A DNA stretch of 64,000 nt from Planctomycetota bacterium (lineage in GTDB: Bacteria; Planctomycetota; PLA2; JAEUHO01). This document shows positions 58,465 through 64,000 of the stretch, piece by piece. The notes under the pieces were generated by a model, which saw only the letters and a program-made list of their open reading frames with translations, searched no databases and had not been told where the DNA came from. A program made the translations under genes and the position numbers. The stretch is from NCBI GenBank assembly GCA_965222115.1, contig CBDCTJ010000007.1:384001-448000 (forward strand), read 5' to 3'. Numbering within the stretch: the stretch's first letter is position 1; every line of letters begins with the position of its first letter.

Positions 58465-58939
58465 GGGACCCTCCAAAACGGCAGGCACACACGCCCGTTG
58501 GCGCGGCCTGGCATCCTGCGACCTCTCTTTCCTTGAAGTCGGTCACTTCGAGGGCATCTGTTAGTGCAAACAGAAATAGTCATTTTGGGCGAATTACATA
58601 CAAACATCGCAATTCTGGACCAAAGCAAGCAAATGACGGCTCGGGCGAATATTCAGTGGGCGAATTGAGGACCGAAAACGACCCGCCACGATGAAATGCA
58701 GGTCTGCGCGGCACGTCCGAACGCCGACTGTTTGTGTTGGGCGACGATTCAAAAACGACACGCGATGTGCCAGGTTCCACGGGCTGTGACAAGCTGCTCT
58801 TAGATACCCGCCTCGCGCGTCTTGCAACTCATCGACGGGACTGACTAGACGTCTATGGCGACGTCACGATCCCACCTCGACGTGAGCGATTCGTCCCTGC
58901 CTTCTCGGTCTTCCTTCTCGCTTGAACGGAGAACTCGCC

Positions 58940-61900
58940 GTGCGCCATTTCCCCTCGCTTTCACTTCGCCACCTCAGTTGCGTCCTTGTCCTCGCTGCAC
59001 TAACCGCGTGTGGCGGGCCGTCGGGTGGACCGACCAACGCACTCATCGGCGACGGTCCTACCTTGGCCATGCCCGATCTCGTCGGCGATCTCAACGCCAA
59101 CGGCCTGCCCGATACCGACGACATCGTGTCGGGCTTTAGTGACGACGACAACGGCAACGGCATTGTCGATGAGGTGGAAGCCGACTGCGACAACAACGGC
59201 ACCCTGGACGGTCGGATCAACCAAGGCAGCGTGTTCGACGACGCCGACTTTGATGGTGAGCGCGATGCAGGAGAAGCGGGCATCGCAGGCATTACGGTTG
59301 AACTCTATGACCGCGACGGCAACGTTGTCGCAAATACAACAACCGACGCGAACGGCGACTGGTCGGTTGCGAATCAAGCCACGTTCTGGGGACTGCGCAT
59401 TGAGTTTTCGGGTTGGGCCCCACCGTTACTGCCGAGCATTGTAGGCATCGACAACGGCAGCAGCATTCAAACGGTGATTGGATCGAACTGCAATACGAGC
59501 TTCGCGCTCCACACGCCCGCCATATGCGACTTCTCCGATGGCAAGGGGCGCTTGGCCACACCGTGCTACTTGGGCGGGGATGCAAGCGGTTCAACGGAAC
59601 CGGCGATTGTGAGTTTCGACGTGACAGCCGAAGGCATACCGGCACAATACGGCGGCACGGGGCAAAATCCGAGCAACGACGCGAGCTATGCCAATGTCGG
59701 TAGCGTGTGGGGACTGGCCTACGAACCCGGTACGAAGCGTTTGTTCGCCTCCGCCCTCCTCAAGCGTCATACCAACCTCGGTCCCCAGGGGATGGGCGGT
59801 ATCTACGTCATCGATTACAGCGGCGCATCCCCCGTCATCAGTTCTTCCTTTTCCCTACAGGGGTTTCTGCCTGCCAATGGCGGCGCCGCCATCAACCTCG
59901 GTTCGGTCACGCGCACGGCCACAGGTGACAATGCATTGGTTGCGCTACCTGCACTTGGCATCGACATAGACGCCTTTCCCAAGGTCGCCAAGAACGGCTA
60001 CGGAGACATCGACTTCGCGGAAAACAACACGGCCTTGTGGCTGGTCAATCTCAATCAGCAAGCGCTGATCCGTATCGACCTAAGCGTTCCGAGCAACATC
60101 CCGCCAACACCGGCGTCGGTCCAGCAGTTCCCTTTGGCGGGCATTCCCGGGTTGCCCACATGTACCAACGGCGTTTTTCGTCCGTGGGCACTCAAGTTTC
60201 AAGGGGGCGCGGGGTACTTGGGCGGTGTTTGTTCCGCGGAAAGCCCGGGCGGCACATCGGCCAATCTTCAAGCTCACGTACTTCGCTTCAATCCCACCAA
60301 TATCGGCGCGGGCTTTACCTCGGTGCTCTCCTTCCCCCTCAACTATCCACGCGAAGCGGCGGCCGAACCTGGTACGCCGGGCCTGTTTCCAGGCAACTGG
60401 ATGCCGTGGACCGATTCGTGGAGTGCTATCACACTAAATGGCAGTGGCGGTCCCGGCATTACGGTCGGCACATGGCCCCAGCCAATTTTGAGCGACATTG
60501 AGTTCGATGACAACGGCAACATGATCCTCGGGTTCTCGGATCGATTTGGTCATCAACAAGGCGACCTGCACTTGGAGCCCACCTCCGGTGCCACCGAGAT
60601 CATCGGCGTCTTCGCTGCGGGCGACACCATTCATGCGTGCTTCAACGCTGGCACCGGCGCGTTTGCATTGGAGGGCACGCCCCTTTGTCCGGTATCCGAT
60701 CCCGATGGCTTTGGTGGTGCCAGCGGCACACCGGCTACACCGGTTGGTGAGTTCTACTTTGACGACTCGTTGACGCCGTCCCACCTCGAAGTAAGTACAG
60801 GCGGTTTGGCGAATCTGCCGGGCCTTGGGGAAATCGCAACGACAGCCTACGACCCGGTCAGTCAAGTGTTCTCAAGCGGGATTCACTGGTACTCCACGAC
60901 TACGGGCGGCGTTACGCAACAGTACCAAATCACCGATGGCGGCGTCGCCCAACGTGAAAACAACTTTGGTAAGGGCATTGGTCTGGGCGACTTGGAGCTT
61001 CTTTGCGCCGCGCCGCCGCTTGAGATTGGCAACTGTGTCTTCGTCGACGCCAACGAAACAGGCTTGCAGGAGCCGGCCGACCCACCGCTTGCTGGCGTAA
61101 CCGTTGAACTTTGGTTGAGCGGCGCGCAAGTAGCCACCACCACCACCGATGCGCTGGGCAAGTACGTTTTTAATGGCGACAACGTGACCGGTGGACTGAT
61201 TGAGAACAACGCGAACTACGAAGTGCGCATCGACTTGGCGGGCGCCGCCTTGGCAGGGTACTCACCCGCCGTCGCCAATGCACCCGGTAGCGACCTCATC
61301 GACAGCGATGGCGACGCGACCATAGCTGCGGGCTATGTCACCGCCCCGGTAACGCCGCTCCTGCGCAGTGAAGCCAATCACAGCTATGACTTTGGATTTG
61401 TCTCGGACGCCACCATTGGTGACCTGGTGTGGAACGACACCAACAGCAACGGTACTCAGGATCCCGGTGAGAGCGGCATCCCCAATGTGGTGCTCACGCT
61501 TTGTGCACCGGGTACGGACGGCATCTGCGAAACGCCGGATGACATTGAAATTGCCACGCAGTTTACGGATGCGAATGGCGCTTATGATTTCACCAATGTG
61601 TTGCCTGGCACCTACTGCGTAAAGGTGGATGACAACACCATTCCTCCGGGATTGATTCACTCCACGGGCAACGACCCGGCCACGATTGTCATCACACCGG
61701 GACTTGACTACAACGCCGCGGACTTTGGGTACGCACCGCCTGCAAGCATTGGTGACCGCGTCTACCGCGACGACAACGGCAACGCGTTGCAGGACGGTGG
61801 CGAACCGGCGCTACCTGGCATTGACGTGGTGCTTAGCACCTCGGGGCCAGACAACGTATGCGGCACGGCGGACGATGTAGAGATTGCCCGCGTTACTACC

Positions 61901-64000
61901 GACGCCAATGGCGACTATCTCTTTGATGGCCTGGCATCATCGGACTACTGCGTGTCGATTGACGCCTCAACGTTGCCGGCAGGCCTTGTGCTCACAACCG
62001 CCAACGACCCAACGCAAGTCTTCCTGGCACCCAACGAGGCTCGAGACAACGTGGACTTTGGCTATCGCTACACGGGCCAAATTGGTGATGTGGTCTTTGA
62101 AGACCTCGACGGCAACGGTACGCAAGATCCCGGGGAGAACGGGATCCCGGGCGTGGACGTTATTCTTTGCACGCCCGGTCCCGACGCAACCTGCGACACC
62201 GCCGATGACGTGGTACTGCAAACGGTGACCACCGATGGTGGCGGAGCCTATGCGTTCACGTTCCTCGGTCCCGATACCTACTGCGTAAAGATCAGTGATC
62301 CGACGGTGCCAGGCGGGCATGTGCTTACGACAGGAAATGACCCAGTATCCGTGCCGCTTGGACCGAGCGAGATCATTTCGACCGTTGACTTTGGCTATCA
62401 ACCCGTTGGCAGCATTGGGGACACCGTCTTTGAAGACGCCGATGGCAACGGCACACAGGGTCCGGGCGAACCCGGAATTCCCGGGGTCACCGTGTCGCTC
62501 GTCGATCCGGGTCCGGATGGGCTTTGCGACACGGCCGATGACGTCGGTGTGAATACAACCACAACCGATGCCAACGGCATGTACGTGTTCACAGGTCTCG
62601 GTCCAGCATCGTACTGCGTGAGCGTTGACACAAGTACGTTGCCCGAGAGCACCATGCTCAATACGACCACCAACGATCCGACGCTCGTAAACCTTGCAGG
62701 CCTTGAGAATCGCGACGACGTAGACTTTGGCTACCAGTACACCGGATCCATCGGTGATACGGTATGGGACGACATCAATCTCGACGGTACGCTCGACGGT
62801 GGTGATGCACCCCTTCCGGGCATTGACGTGCGTCTGCTGGCACCCGGTCCCGATGGCGTATGCGGCACGGTCGATGACGTCTTGCTCGACACGCAAACGA
62901 CGGATGCGGGTGGCAACTATCTGTTTGAGTTCCTGGCGGGCGCAACGTACTGCGTGGACGTGGACGACAACACAGTGCCACCGGGGTACGTGTTGACGAC
63001 GGTCAACGATCCAGCCACGATCATCTTGCCCGCGAATACGTCTGACCTCACAGCCGACTTTGGCTACGGCCAACAGGGAAGCTTGGGCGACACAGTATTC
63101 CTCGATGTCAATGGCAACGGCACACAGGACGCCGGCGACAACGGCATCCCCGGAGTGACGATCAACCTATTGAGCGCGGGCCCCGACGGCATCTGCGGCA
63201 CACCCGATGACGTTGCCGTAACTAGCACCACAACTGATGCCAACGGCGTGTACGGTTTCACCAGTTTGGGCGCCGACACGTACTGCGTCGACGTGGATGA
63301 AACGACGCTCCCGCCGGGCCTTTCGATCACGACCGGCCCTGAGCCGGCCACGGCAACGCTTACGCCTGGTCAGGTGCGCCAAGACGTTGACATTGGGTAC
63401 GAGAACACAGGCTCAATTGGTGATCTCATTTGGGACGACCTCAACGGCGATGGCGTTCGTGATCCAGGCGAACCGGGCCTTGGCGGCGTAGACGTTCGTC
63501 TGTGTTTCGCCGGTCCGGACACCATCTGCGGCACCGCCGATGATGTGGTGATTGAGACGCAGACGACCGACGCCGCGGGAGCTTATCTGTTTGAAAATCT
63601 TGGTAGCGGCTCCTACTGCGTCAAGGTGATTGATACGTCGCTCCCCGCGGGCTACGCGCCGACCACCACGCCGAGCAACATTCAGAACCCAACGCTTGCG
63701 CCCGGCCAAACGCTCGACACAGTGGACTTTGGCTACGCACAAATCGGTTCCATCGGCAACTTCGTGTGGGAGGACCGCAACGATGACACCGTGCAAGACG
63801 CCACGGAACCGGGCCTTGCCGGTGTGGACGTAGAGCTCATCACCGCGGGCCCCAATGGCACATTCGGGGATGCGGATGACATTGTTCAGGACACGCAAAC
63901 AACCGACGCAAACGGAGGGTACCTATTCCCCAACCTCTTGCCCGGCGACTACCGCGTAAACATCGTGGAAGCAACGTTGCCGCCGAGCATGATGTTGACC
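58940..64000 (+). CDS. Giant surface lipoprotein with SdrD B-like repeats (runs off the right edge; missing from ORF track)
   Basis: GGAGA RBS, GTG 58940, lipobox LTAC, Asp-rich DLNANGLPD/DDNGNGIVD motifs, propeller-like region (VGSVWGLAY, FGKGIGLGDLE), then ~111-aa repeats GSIGDxVxxDxxGNGxQDxGExGxxGV..TDANG.Y.F..DFGY. Translated segments share one frame to the window end (1687 codons). Confidence 0.92.
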   Translation, partial: MRHFPSLSLRHLSCVLVLAALTACGGPSGGPTNALIGDGPTLAMPDLVGDLNANGLPDTDDIVSGFSDDDNGNGIVDEVEADCDNNGTLDGRINQGSVFDDADFDGERDAGEAGIAGITVELYDRDGNVVANTTTDANGDWSVANQATFWGLRIEFSGWAPPLLPSIVGIDNGSSIQTVIGSNCNTSFALHTPAICDFSDGKGRLATPCYLGGDASGSTEPAIVSFDVTAEGIPAQYGGTGQNPSNDASYANVGSVWGLAYEPGTKRLFASALLKRHTNLGPQGMGGIYVIDYSGASPVISSSFSLQGFLPANGGAAINLGSVTRTATGDNALVALPALGIDIDAFPKVAKNGYGDIDFAENNTALWLVNLNQQALIRIDLSVPSNIPPTPASVQQFPLAGIPGLPTCTNGVFRPWALKFQGGAGYLGGVCSAESPGGTSANLQAHVLRFNPTNIGAGFTSVLSFPLNYPREAAAEPGTPGLFPGNWMPWTDSWSAITLNGSGGPGITVGTWPQPILSDIEFDDNGNMILGFSDRFGHQQGDLHLEPTSGATEIIGVFAAGDTIHACFNAGTGAFALEGTPLCPVSDPDGFGGASGTPATPVGEFYFDDSLTPSHLEVSTGGLANLPGLGEIATTAYDPVSQVFSSGIHWYSTTTGGVTQQYQITDGGVAQRENNFGKGIGLGDLELLCAAPPLEIGNCVFVDANETGLQEPADPPLAGVTVELWLSGAQVATTTTDALGKYVFNGDNVTGGLIENNANYEVRIDLAGAALAGYSPAVANAPGSDLIDSDGDATIAAGYVTAPVTPLLRSEANHSYDFGFVSDATIGDLVWNDTNSNGTQDPGESGIPNVVLTLCAPGTDGICETPDDIEIATQFTDANGAYDFTNVLPGTYCVKVDDNTIPPGLIHSTGNDPATIVITPGLDYNAADFGYAPPASIGDRVYRDDNGNALQDGGEPALPGIDVVLSTSGPDNVCGTADDVEIARVTTDANGDYLFDGLASSDYCVSIDASTLPAGLVLTTANDPTQVFLAPNEARDNVDFGYRYTGQIGDVVFEDLDGNGTQDPGENGIPGVDVILCTPGPDATCDTADDVVLQTVTTDGGGAYAFTFLGPDTYCVKISDPTVPGGHVLTTGNDPVSVPLGPSEIISTVDFGYQPVGSIGDTVFEDADGNGTQGPGEPGIPGVTVSLVDPGPDGLCDTADDVGVNTTTTDANGMYVFTGLGPASYCVSVDTSTLPESTMLNTTTNDPTLVNLAGLENRDDVDFGYQYTGSIGDTVWDDINLDGTLDGGDAPLPGIDVRLLAPGPDGVCGTVDDVLLDTQTTDAGGNYLFEFLAGATYCVDVDDNTVPPGYVLTTVNDPATIILPANTSDLTADFGYGQQGSLGDTVFLDVNGNGTQDAGDNGIPGVTINLLSAGPDGICGTPDDVAVTSTTTDANGVYGFTSLGADTYCVDVDETTLPPGLSITTGPEPATATLTPGQVRQDVDIGYENTGSIGDLIWDDLNGDGVRDPGEPGLGGVDVRLCFAGPDTICGTADDVVIETQTTDAAGAYLFENLGSGSYCVKVIDTSLPAGYAPTTTPSNIQNPTLAPGQTLDTVDFGYAQIGSIGNFVWEDRNDDTVQDATEPGLAGVDVELITAGPNGTFGDADDIVQDTQTTDANGGYLFPNLLPGDYRVNIVEATLPPSMMLT

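Noticed and set aside
59000-63898. Many short ORFs on both strands in the last 5 kb
   Set aside because: Alternate-frame or antisense shadows of the single long ORF starting at 58940.

Overview
GC-rich chromosomal window, most likely from a Planctomycetota genome (four Ser/Thr kinases, kinase-linked ECF sigma factors, DUF1501/DUF1800, a TIGR03790-like protein, carboxypeptidase-regulatory-like repeat proteins). About 50 CDS; two run off the window edges and are absent from the ORF track (kinase <1..641, SdrD-B repeat lipoprotein 58940..>64000). Main discovery: the track ORFs ending at 1809 and starting at 1834 appear to be one gene (1426..2511) split by an in-frame UGA in a G-x-x-DD-x-x-C-U motif. 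This motif aligns without gaps to the redox site of eukaryotic selenoprotein N (recalled from memory) and is followed by a bacterial SECIS-type hairpin. A tRNA-Sec gene (17928..18026) lies in the same window. Other highlights: a 2-aminoethylphosphonate/phosphonolipid cluster with a non-canonical PEP mutase motif (26142..31397); a candidate sigma-54-driven sRNA (about 25284..25422); a sigma-54-like promoter with palindromic upstream sites before a kinase/PspA-like operon; a 117-bp tandem repeat behind tRNA-Sec; REP/MITE-like palindromes; an orphan ParD antitoxin. No rRNA, CRISPR, prophage or intact transposase was seen. All family assignments come from motif recognition by eye, not database searches.
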